DNA of 61,526 nt from Campylobacterales bacterium (GTDB lineage Bacteria; Campylobacterota; Campylobacteria; Campylobacterales; Sulfurimonadaceae). The stretch covers positions 1 to 61,526 of the forward strand of contig JAJRVE010000177.1 of NCBI GenBank assembly GCA_024277445.1, given 5' to 3'. Under the pieces are notes generated by a model, which was not told the origin of the DNA, searched no databases, and saw only the letters and a program-made list of their open reading frames with translations. Shown here in pieces: positions 10,818 to 18,467 of this stretch (positions are counted from its first letter, which is position 1; every line of letters begins with the position of its first letter). The translations under genes were made by a program, and so were the position numbers.

Positions 10818-10908
10818 GTACTTATAATACAGTAAAAATATAAAATAATTGGCACAAATATAAACGAATTTAGTTACATACTCGTAATACTATTAGGAAA
10901 AGGACTTT

Positions 10909-11568
10909 TTAGCGCTCTTTTTGTTGCGCTAAATGCCAAAATTTGTGTAGCCCTGCTTTGGCTTTGGTGTCGAGTTCATACGATATGTAACTAAGGTAGT
11001 GTTGTATGGCTGCTGGTGCGATCTTGGTTCGTTTAGCAGCGCGTTGCAGTTGGTACTGGGGGATCTTACTGTGACTTTTTTTAAAACTAGAAGCCAGACG
11101 TTTTATCTCTTTGTCATGTTGGTGATAGCAAAGAAGTGCGAAAACAAAAGGGAGTTTGTACTTCTCATGCCAGCGTTTTGCTAAGTCTATGGCAGAGGTG
11201 TCACCATCAAGGTAGTGACGCAGTGCTCTGTCACCGATGATCACTTCGCCTTGAAGACCAAGTATGTTGGCTAAGACGTTTGAGCTTGCACTGGCGTTGT
11301 CTTCTATGAAGTTGTTCGAAGGAAGCAACAAGACACTCAAGACCTCTTTTTTCGCGATAATTCCCAAGTCAACATAGGACTCTTTTTGCGCTTTGATACT
11401 GGAGATGAAGGCAGCATCAACACGTCGTGCTGCGTATTCGGCGTTGATCTTACTTGGAACACCTTTTTTGTAACGAAAACTCATGTAGTGACGCGTTGAA
11501 CGACTGTAGCGTTTCATAAAAAGATGAAAAGGGAGGAGGTTAAGGTATTCGATCTTGCCAAACAACAT
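10909..11568 (-). CDS. mqnA: Chorismate dehydratase, MqnA/MqnD family (futalosine pathway)
   Basis: GKIEYLNLLPF, V.SVLL, SASSNVLA, IGDRAL and DLAKRWHEKYKLPFVFA. Confidence 0.85.
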   Translation of the reverse strand: MLFGKIEYLNLLPFHLFMKRYSRSTRHYMSFRYKKGVPSKINAEYAARRVDAAFISSIKAQKESYVDLGIIAKKEVLSVLLLPSNNFIEDNASASSNVLANILGLQGEVIIGDRALRHYLDGDTSAIDLAKRWHEKYKLPFVFALLCYHQHDKEIKRLASSFKKSHSKIPQYQLQRAAKRTKIAPAAIQHYLSYISYELDTKAKAGLHKFWHLAQQKER

Positions 11569-11621
11569 AGACAGCTCCCTTTTTTTAACGGCATTATAAC
11601 TTACTCCCCTTTACCTTTAAA

Positions 11622-11630
11622 TGTTATAAT
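11622..11630 (+). promoter_or_regulatory. Extended -10 promoter of moaD-moaE-moeA
   Basis: TGTTATAAT (TGnTATAAT) about 105 nt upstream of moaD. Confidence 0.6.
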
Positions 11631-11644
11631 CGCGCCAATAATAA

Positions 11645-11722
11645 AGGGTACTTCTAAAAACCCACCTTGATTGTGAACTCCTCTTTAGTGCTGAGGATAA
11701 CTAGGGTTTTTAGAGATGCTCT
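11645..11722. repeat. 78-bp inverted-repeat element (MITE-like or leader hairpin)
   Basis: TCTAAAAACCC (11653-11663) / GGGTTTTTAGA (11704-11714), extendable with G-U pairs to about 19 bp. Confidence 0.6.
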
Positions 11723-11736
11723 AAAGAGGATTAACT

Positions 11737-11958
11737 ATGGTACGTGTAGAATTTTTAGGACCCATACAAAAAGAGGCGTTAGAGGTTGAAGCAACATCAC
11801 TGAGAGATGTAGCAGCAGCACTTCAGAGCGATGATGAGGTCAAGGACTGGCTAGAAAGCTGTGCGGTAGCGGTTAACGACACCTTAGTAAAAAGTCTGGA
11901 TACCGCGCTTAAGTCGGGTGATAAGGTTTCATTACTTCCTCCTGTTTGTGGCGGTTGA
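11737..11958 (+). CDS. moaD: Molybdopterin synthase sulfur carrier subunit
   Basis: 73 aa ubiquitin-like protein; AVAVN; C-terminal PPVCGG. Confidence 0.92.
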   Translation: MVRVEFLGPIQKEALEVEATSLRDVAAALQSDDEVKDWLESCAVAVNDTLVKSLDTALKSGDKVSLLPPVCGG

Positions 11959-11959
11959 T

Positions 11960-12400
11960 ATGTTAGAACTTTTTGATGGTCCTGTTCCCACAGAAGAGAT
12001 CTTGGTGCGTTGGTATCGTGATGAAGCTGGTAGTAACTACGGTGCTTACATCCCTTTTATAGGAACGATACGTGATGAAGATGGTATCAGTGGTTTGAGT
12101 TTTGATATCTATGAGCCTATCTTAGAATCATGGTTCAATGCTTGGCAAGAGAGAGCAAAAGAGGCGGGCGCTGTGTTGAAGATGGCACACTCTCGTGGTG
12201 ATGTTCCACTGCACACTTCTTCGTATGTAGCGGCAGTTTTTTCACCAAAACGTAAAGTAGCACTTAAGATGATCAACGATTTTGTTGAGGACTTTAAAGC
12301 AAGTGCTCCGATCTGGAAGTATGATCTTAGAGATGGTAAACGTCTTTATGCAGCCGATCGATCGACCCCTATCAGTGGGTCTGGAATTTTAGGAGAGTAG
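11960..12400 (+). CDS. moaE: Molybdopterin synthase catalytic subunit
   Basis: FIGTIR, HSRGDV and FKASAPIWK. ATG at 11960, right after the moaD stop, is preferred over 11918. Confidence 0.9.
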   Translation: MLELFDGPVPTEEILVRWYRDEAGSNYGAYIPFIGTIRDEDGISGLSFDIYEPILESWFNAWQERAKEAGAVLKMAHSRGDVPLHTSSYVAAVFSPKRKVALKMINDFVEDFKASAPIWKYDLRDGKRLYAADRSTPISGSGILGE

Positions 12401-13612
12401 ATGGGTTTTTTAAGTTATGAGAAGTCAATAGAGCTTTTAGATGCACTTAGTGCTGGTGTTTTACGTCAAGAAAATGTCTTTTTAAATGATGCACTTGGTC
12501 GCTACTTGGCAAAAGACATAGTGGCAGATGAGAACTCACCTTCACAACCGACCTCTGCGATGGATGGTTATGCGGTACTCCATAGTGACTTAGAAAGCGG
12601 ACGTATTAAGATCATGGGCGACAACCCTGCTGGAAGTGATGAGAGACGTGTAGTAAGTAGCGGTAACTGCATTAAGACCTTTACGGGTGCGGGTATGCCT
12701 GAAGGTGCTGATACCTTGATACAGATAGAAAATGTAACTGTCGAAGGTGATGCGATCATCATCAATGAGAGTGTTCCTTTTGGTAATAGTGTTCGTCCTG
12801 TTGGTGAGAGTTACTCAGAGGGTGAAGTACTCATTAAGCGTGGTACTAAGATCGGTTTTGCTGAGATTGGTGTGATGGCGGGTCTTAACATTGCTGTTGT
12901 TGCTGTGATGTTAAAACCACGTGTGGCAACACTCTCAACGGGAAGTGAGATCTTAGAGATTGGTCAAGTTCAAGAGAACGCTTCACAGATACGAAGTTCG
13001 AACCATCATACTATCGCAGCTATTGCTAACATGGCAGGTGCCGAAGTGGTGCAGATGGGGGTAGTCAAAGATGACAGGGCAACGATTACGGCTGCCTTTG
13101 AAAACGCCTTGGCTTCGGCTGATATCGTAGTTAGTACCGGGGGTGTGAGTGTTGGGGATTATGACTTTGTTAAAGATGTTATACCTGCACTTGGTGCTGA
13201 GGTGATTTTTAAAGGGGTCAAAATTAAGCCGGGACAACATATCTTGGTCGCTCAAAAGGGTGATAAGTTCATTCTTGGGTTACCGGGGTTTGCGTACTCT
13301 TCAACGGTGACTTTTTTACTCTATGTTATTCCTTTAATCAAGAAGTTCCTTGGAACAGACAAGGTATTTGAAGTAGTTGAAGCTACGCTTGCAGAACCTT
13401 TTAACAAACGTTCTAAAAAGAGTGAGTTTACGGCGTGTAACCTTGCTTTTAGAGATGGTAAGTACTTTGTTGACTTTGATGGTAAAAAAGTGGGAACTTC
13501 GGCTATTTTGACCAATATGCTTGGAGATGCTGCTTTGATTATTTCTTCGGAAGAAGATGGACCTAAAGAGGCTGGAGAGAGTGTGACAGTCATCAAGTTG
13601 GATCGTTTTTAA
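12401..13612 (+). CDS. moeA: Molybdopterin molybdenumtransferase
   Basis: SAMDGYA, TGAGMPEGAD, STGGVSVGDYD, KIKPG and GLPG motifs. Confidence 0.95.
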   Translation: MGFLSYEKSIELLDALSAGVLRQENVFLNDALGRYLAKDIVADENSPSQPTSAMDGYAVLHSDLESGRIKIMGDNPAGSDERRVVSSGNCIKTFTGAGMPEGADTLIQIENVTVEGDAIIINESVPFGNSVRPVGESYSEGEVLIKRGTKIGFAEIGVMAGLNIAVVAVMLKPRVATLSTGSEILEIGQVQENASQIRSSNHHTIAAIANMAGAEVVQMGVVKDDRATITAAFENALASADIVVSTGGVSVGDYDFVKDVIPALGAEVIFKGVKIKPGQHILVAQKGDKFILGLPGFAYSSTVTFLLYVIPLIKKFLGTDKVFEVVEATLAEPFNKRSKKSEFTACNLAFRDGKYFVDFDGKKVGTSAILTNMLGDAALIISSEEDGPKEAGESVTVIKLDRF

Positions 13613-13619
13613 GGAGAAT

Positions 13620-14310
13620 TTCCTTAATTACTTAGTCTGTCTTTTATGCTTACGTGATGATTTAATTTTATCTCATTACTCTTTCCTTTTTGGCACTGCC
13701 CAAAAACGAAACCAAAAAGGCGCCTCTAACGGCTTCGGGGTCGCTAGCTCGCGACTTCCTTCATTCCACTCATTGCGTTCCTAAAAACTGAAAACTCGCT
13801 ATCCGCTCAAACAGTTCAGTTTTTTTAACGGAACTCCATTCCCTTCATTCAGCCCTGCAGATGTTAGAGAGGGATTCAAGTGGTAACGCATTTTATTAAT
13901 TGGAAAGCTATTCGCTTTCATCCCTGTTTAAACTACTAGGTAGTTTTATCTTTTTGGAGTCGTAGCAGTTTGGAAGTACAAACTTGTTTGTACCAGCCGT
14001 AGACAAGTTTACGGTTTCAAAGTGTTAATAAGTATCTAGTGACAGAGTCAAAAATACATACGTAAATAAAAGTACGAACTTGATTTCGCTTCCACTGCGT
14101 CTTGATACAGTTAAAACTGCAATTGGCTTTCGTAACTCAGAGTATTAGATGGATACAGCAGTAATTGTGACCGCGTCCGCACTTTCTTCTTTTCCGCTAG
14201 ATTTCTTCTTTGTGCGAGCAAAGAAGATAAAGAGCTAAAGCGCAATGCAGGGCGGAACTAAATTTCGCATCGTAAAAGTAGCATCCTAGTGATATGAAGT
14301 AATTAAGGAA
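13620..14310. mobile_element. Non-coding ~690-bp element bounded by terminal inverted repeats (MITE-like composite)
   Basis: Perfect 14-bp IR TTCCTTAATTACTT (13620-13633) / AAGTAATTAAGGAA (14297-14310); no ORF of 60 aa or more inside; no target-site duplication seen. Confidence 0.5.
13680..13980 (+). repeat. Structured non-coding repeat, copy C
   Basis: Colinear with the reverse complement of 347-640 over about 300 nt, including AAAGCTATTCGCTTT.ATCCCT and GTCGTAGC.GTTTG. Confidence 0.8.
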
Positions 14311-14348
14311 GTTTATTAAAAGAGTGAATCAGAGTATAAAGAAGAGGA

Positions 14349-14371
14349 GTGTAGAGAACACATCTCTACAC
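14349..14371 (-). terminator. Hairpin downstream of the MFS gene
   Basis: GTGTAGAG-N7-CTCTACAC just past the stop codon. Confidence 0.45.
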
Positions 14372-14378
14372 AAATAAA

Positions 14379-15710
14379 TTACTTGATGATTTTAGCTAAA
14401 AGTGCCTCTTCATCGATATCATCACTACGATACTTGATGACAACAAGAGCTTCCGTCTCATTGATATACCATTCAGCAATTGCATCATGCTCTAAGGCTT
14501 CTAGCTTTTCCATGTCTACTTCAGCTATTGGTCTGAAGAGGTGACTGTGTTTAGCAGGGTTTGAAAGTTTTAGTGCTGTCCAGATGAGCCATAAGAGACC
14601 AACTCCACCTAAAATAAGACCGATCATATGGGGGCCTGAGATGTCTAACATCAGACCTGCGAAGGTACCACCTAAGAAGGTCATAAAGTAAGCAACAGAG
14701 TTAGATACACCGAGTGCAGCACCTTTTTGGTGGACTTTAGCGTACTTGGAGATGAGTGACTGAACCAGCGGCTCCATCATGTTAAAGCCGATGAAGAAAC
14801 TTACCACGCCTACAACAAAGAGCCAAGAAGAGTTGGCAAAGCCCATTAGTAAAAAGGCGATGATAAACAAAACGATAGAGATCAAGAAGATCTGCTTAGC
14901 TTTGTTATATTTTTCTCCAAAAACAGCTGCTGGTCCCATAGCGATAAGACCGAAGATCATAGCAGGAAGGTAAGCATGCCACAGTTCAGAAGTTTCCCAC
15001 CCAAAACCACCATCAGCGACAGGGTTAGTTAGGATAAGTGGGATAAGTACAAAGGCCACCGTCATAAGACCTTTTTGCATACCGTTGATGATGACCATAC
15101 CGAGAAGGTTAGGGTCTTTTAAGATGTCAGCAGTACTTGTTGTGTTGTGGTAGATGTGACGGATACGTGGGGGTGTTGGTACCTTGGTAAAAAGAAGCAA
15201 CATCGCAACACCTGCAAGTACAGCAGTAATCCAAAAGAGAACATCAACACCATAAGCAGCGCCAAGAACAGGTCCAAGACCCATAGCAACAGCGAAGGCG
15301 ATAGCGATGGTACCACCCATCATGGCCATTGCTTTTCCACGTACCTCTTCAGGGACTAAGTCAGAGATCATTGCTGTAACAACCGCACCGATAGCGCCGG
15401 CACCTTGTAAGAAACGACCTAGCATTAACATATAGATATCACTACTCATTGCAGAGATAACAGAACCCAGCATAAAGATAAGTAGTCCAACAAAGAGAGT
15501 CGGTTTACGGCCTATCTTGTCACTGATCGTTCCGAAAGGAACTTGAAAGATAGCCTGTGTTAGTGCGTAACCACCAACGATGACACCTACTAAAAGAGGC
15601 GTTGCACCCTCCATACTCATGGCATAAACAGAAAGAACAGGAAGTACTAAAAAGAGTCCTAAAAAGCGTAATGATAAAATAGCCGACAACGGCAGGATGG
15701 TTTTGAACAT
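14379..15710 (-). CDS. MFS transporter (YajR-like)
   Basis: About 12 TM helices; motif A 'GTISDKIGRK'; LGRFLQGAGAI. Confidence 0.92.
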   Translation of the reverse strand: MFKTILPLSAILSLRFLGLFLVLPVLSVYAMSMEGATPLLVGVIVGGYALTQAIFQVPFGTISDKIGRKPTLFVGLLIFMLGSVISAMSSDIYMLMLGRFLQGAGAIGAVVTAMISDLVPEEVRGKAMAMMGGTIAIAFAVAMGLGPVLGAAYGVDVLFWITAVLAGVAMLLLFTKVPTPPRIRHIYHNTTSTADILKDPNLLGMVIINGMQKGLMTVAFVLIPLILTNPVADGGFGWETSELWHAYLPAMIFGLIAMGPAAVFGEKYNKAKQIFLISIVLFIIAFLLMGFANSSWLFVVGVVSFFIGFNMMEPLVQSLISKYAKVHQKGAALGVSNSVAYFMTFLGGTFAGLMLDISGPHMIGLILGGVGLLWLIWTALKLSNPAKHSHLFRPIAEVDMEKLEALEHDAIAEWYINETEALVVIKYRSDDIDEEALLAKIIK

Positions 15711-15907
15711 AGATGACCTTTGTGATATAAAACTTCTAAAGACGATCTCTATAATAGAGAAGATCGTCTAAATAAGCTTTAGTAAAATGAAAATGCCCAA
15801 ATTTTTGAGTATTTGGGTTAGAATGCGCATTATAATACAGAAGCCATTTTCTTTTAGAAGTAAGATGAATATAATCTCAAGTTTTAAAAGAAGCATAAGG
15901 AATAACA

Positions 15908-16513
15908 ATGCAGATAGTCTTAGCCACCTCAAACAAGGGAAAAGTCCGTGAGATCAAAGCGATGTGTGAGGACTTTGATGTTGTTGCCTTCAGTGAAGTG
16001 ATCGAACCTTTTGAGATCATAGAAGACGCCCCGACTTTTAAGGGCAATGCACTGCTAAAAGCACAAGCTGTTTATAAAGCGTTAGACGATGTAGATGCTA
16101 TTGTTCTCTCGGATGATAGTGGGATCTCTGTCGATGCACTTGATGGTGAACCGGGGATCTTTAGCGCGCGTTATGGTGGTGAAAATGCTTCTGACAAAGA
16201 TAACCTTCATAAGCTTATGGATGAAGTTAAGGCTAAGGGCTTAGACTCTTCTCCTGCACATTACACGGCGGCTATCGCTATTGTGACGAAAGAGGGTGAA
16301 CAAGTGGTTCATGGTTGGATGTATGGCGATGTCATTACGACACCACGAGGGGAAAATGGCTTTGGGTATGATCCTTGTTTTATCCCTGAAGGCTACGACA
16401 AAACACTGGGTGAACTCGATGATGAACTCAAAAAAGAGCTTTCGCATCGCTCTAAAGCACTTTACTTAGCAAAGTTAGTATTAGCGACCATAAAAAAAGG
16501 ACGCGATCAATAG
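15908..16513 (+). CDS. rdgB: Non-canonical purine NTP pyrophosphatase (RdgB/HAM1)
   Basis: ATSNKGK, DDSGI.VDAL.G.PGIFSARY, GFGYDP and SHR motifs. Confidence 0.95.
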   Translation: MQIVLATSNKGKVREIKAMCEDFDVVAFSEVIEPFEIIEDAPTFKGNALLKAQAVYKALDDVDAIVLSDDSGISVDALDGEPGIFSARYGGENASDKDNLHKLMDEVKAKGLDSSPAHYTAAIAIVTKEGEQVVHGWMYGDVITTPRGENGFGYDPCFIPEGYDKTLGELDDELKKELSHRSKALYLAKLVLATIKKGRDQ

Positions 16514-16550
16514 GTTTTCCTATTTTAAATGCCATTAAGCTTCTCTTGCC

Positions 16551-16556
16551 TATAAT
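16551..16556 (+). promoter_or_regulatory. -10 box of the retron ncRNA-RT transcript
   Basis: TATAAT lies 7 nt before the 5' arm of the ncRNA, placing the predicted start site at about 16563-16564. Confidence 0.65.
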
Positions 16557-16563
16557 CATTACA

Positions 16564-16661
16564 AGGCAGTAGCTATTTACGATTTCGATCGTAGTTCAGA
16601 TACGTTTATGTAGTGCGTTTCGCCTACTTTTTTGACGTATCCACTGAAATTCGTGCTGCCT
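16564..16661 (+). ncRNA. Retron msr-msd ncRNA (predicted)
   Basis: Outer repeats AGGCAGTA (16564-71) / TGCTGCCT (16654-61); unpaired G16572; hairpin TACGAT-TTCG-ATCGTA (16578-93); long imperfect stem-loop 16595-16648. Lies directly upstream of a retron-type RT. Confidence 0.75.
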
Positions 16662-16695
16662 CTTTTAACAACTATGTTTATTTAAAGATATAACC

Positions 16696-18288
16696 ATGAA
16701 AAAACAGTACAAGATTATAAAGCTTCCAAAAGGCAATGGAAAATTTCGAACGATTTATGCTCCCTCTAAAGCCTATAAAACAAAACTCAAAACACTCCTT
16801 CTTGACCTACAACAAAAACTTCACAACCTAGACGAAGAGAAGAGTATTCAAGGTTTTATGCGTGGGCGTGGACCGGTTAGTAATGCGCAAAAACATGTGG
16901 GTTATGACTACACACTCTCTATGGATCTTGAAGACTTTTTTGACAGTGTTACCGTTGAGATGGCAAGTGAGTATTTGAGTGAAGAAGAGAGAGAACTCTG
17001 CTTTATAGATGGTGTAGCGAGACAAGGTTTACCAACAAGTCCACTCATTGCTAACCTCGCTTTTTTGAAACTTGATGAAGCTATTAAAGATGCCTTAGGT
17101 GAAGTCGGTGCTTATGTTATCTACACCCGTTACGCGGATGACATGATCTTCTCGTTTAATAAGGCTGAGATGGCTGAGACTATCACTACTTTAGTGAGTG
17201 ATATTGTGACGAAGGGCGGTTTTCGTGTCAACACTTCAAAAACTAAACTTCAAAGTGCAAAACAGGGAAGACGACAGATCACCGGGATAAGTGTTGGTGA
17301 GCGTGCTATCCATCCTACACGTAAGATCAAACGTAAAATCCGCGCTGCACTACACCAAAAACGAGAAGAGCAGGCTTTTGGACTATTGACTTGGGCAGAG
17401 TGTAAGGAGCCTGAGGCTTTTTACACGGACCGAGACCTCCTCAACAAAAACATCTTTTATGAAGATGCTTTAGATCTCTCTAATGATTTTTATCTCTCTG
17501 ATCTTCTTTCTTTTGAGGAGTATGTAGAGATTGTCGAAAGAGACTTTGAAGAACAACAGTATGCGCATGAAAAAAATCCAATAAAGTGGAAAAAACAGAA
17601 AGAGGCTTTTTTAGAGCAGCGAGAGAACTTCTACCAAAAAGAGAAACAACGGGCATACGAACGCTCTAAGCAAGCACGTTTAGATATAGAAAAACGCTTG
17701 CATCCAAGTGAAGACGAGGATAAATCAGAAGCGAAACAAGCCCAACAACAAAAAAGTGTGCAAAAACCTAACTTCAAACCTACGATGCAAAAAGAGACAC
17801 CTGTAAAAGAAGATGAGCCTAAGAGCAAAGAGTTGGTGGTCGATTTTGACACACTTAAAGAGTCTGAACAAGAGAGTGTAGAGAAGTTCCAAAAAGAGCG
17901 TCTTTCTCGCCGTCATATGAAAGAAGAGAAAGCCCAGGTCGAAGAAGAGAAAGAAGAGAAAAAACGCTCACTCAACAAGGTCTTTATGTGGAGTATATTG
18001 CCTATTGTCATTATGATCATGGTGATGAGTTACTATTTTGGAAATACAGAGGTAAAAATAAAGCCGACATATCCACTGTTTGTAAAAGCCACTCCTTATG
18101 ATGCGCGCATCCAGATCTTAAACATTAAACCAAGATATACGATGGGGATTGAACTGAAACCAGGTAAATACGATATCCGTATCAGTAAACGTGGCTACAA
18201 GTCCCAACGTTTTTGGATCACGATGAAACATGAACCTGTTGTCATCGAACGAGAACTTCAAAAGATCAAAAAACGTAAGGTCTATTAA
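16696..18288 (+). CDS. Retron-type reverse transcriptase fused to a charged linker, one TM helix and a PEGA-like domain
   Basis: NAQKH (aa63-67, retron region X), DLEDFF, QGLPTSP, YADD (146-149), ITG (195-197, region Y VTG variant); TM at aa ~429-448; C-terminal LFVKATPYDARIQI..LKPGKYDIRISKRGY. Confidence 0.9.
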   Translation: MKKQYKIIKLPKGNGKFRTIYAPSKAYKTKLKTLLLDLQQKLHNLDEEKSIQGFMRGRGPVSNAQKHVGYDYTLSMDLEDFFDSVTVEMASEYLSEEERELCFIDGVARQGLPTSPLIANLAFLKLDEAIKDALGEVGAYVIYTRYADDMIFSFNKAEMAETITTLVSDIVTKGGFRVNTSKTKLQSAKQGRRQITGISVGERAIHPTRKIKRKIRAALHQKREEQAFGLLTWAECKEPEAFYTDRDLLNKNIFYEDALDLSNDFYLSDLLSFEEYVEIVERDFEEQQYAHEKNPIKWKKQKEAFLEQRENFYQKEKQRAYERSKQARLDIEKRLHPSEDEDKSEAKQAQQQKSVQKPNFKPTMQKETPVKEDEPKSKELVVDFDTLKESEQESVEKFQKERLSRRHMKEEKAQVEEEKEEKKRSLNKVFMWSILPIVIMIMVMSYYFGNTEVKIKPTYPLFVKATPYDARIQILNIKPRYTMGIELKPGKYDIRISKRGYKSQRFWITMKHEPVVIERELQKIKKRKVY

Positions 18289-18328
18289 GCGCATACCGCG
18301 CCACTAACGCAAACACCTAAATCCCGAT

Positions 18329-18363
18329 GATGATAGTTTTACGATGCAGAATTTAGTTCTGCC
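18329..18363 (+). repeat. 35-nt repeat fragment shared in inverted orientation with 14251-14285
   Basis: GATGATAGTTTTACGATGCAGAATTTAGTTCTGCC matches the reverse complement of 14251-14285 at 30/35 nt. Confidence 0.65.
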
Positions 18364-18467
18364 TTAATGCATAGCAAAAATCAGTGACGTATAATGACGT
18401 TAAAAATACATCATAAGCTTAGTTTAATCGTCAATAAGTTAAAGTTTTATAATTAAAATAAGGACAA

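Noticed and set aside
11631-11736. Canonical Moco riboswitch upstream of moaD
   Set aside because: I cannot see the multi-stem Moco motif with GNRA-type loops; only one long IR is present. An Rfam scan would settle it.
15740-15768. Palindrome AGACGATCT..AGATCGTCT between the divergent MFS and rdgB genes
   Set aside because: Single occurrence with no adjacent regulator; I cannot distinguish an operator from a leader hairpin or chance.
16696-18288. RT as a group II intron maturase, DGR RT or CRISPR-associated RT
   Set aside because: I see no intron-sized RNA, maturase or HNH domain, no avd gene or TR/VR repeat pair, and no cas1 or array. The NAxxH and (V/I)TG motifs plus the upstream a1/a2 RNA point to a retron.
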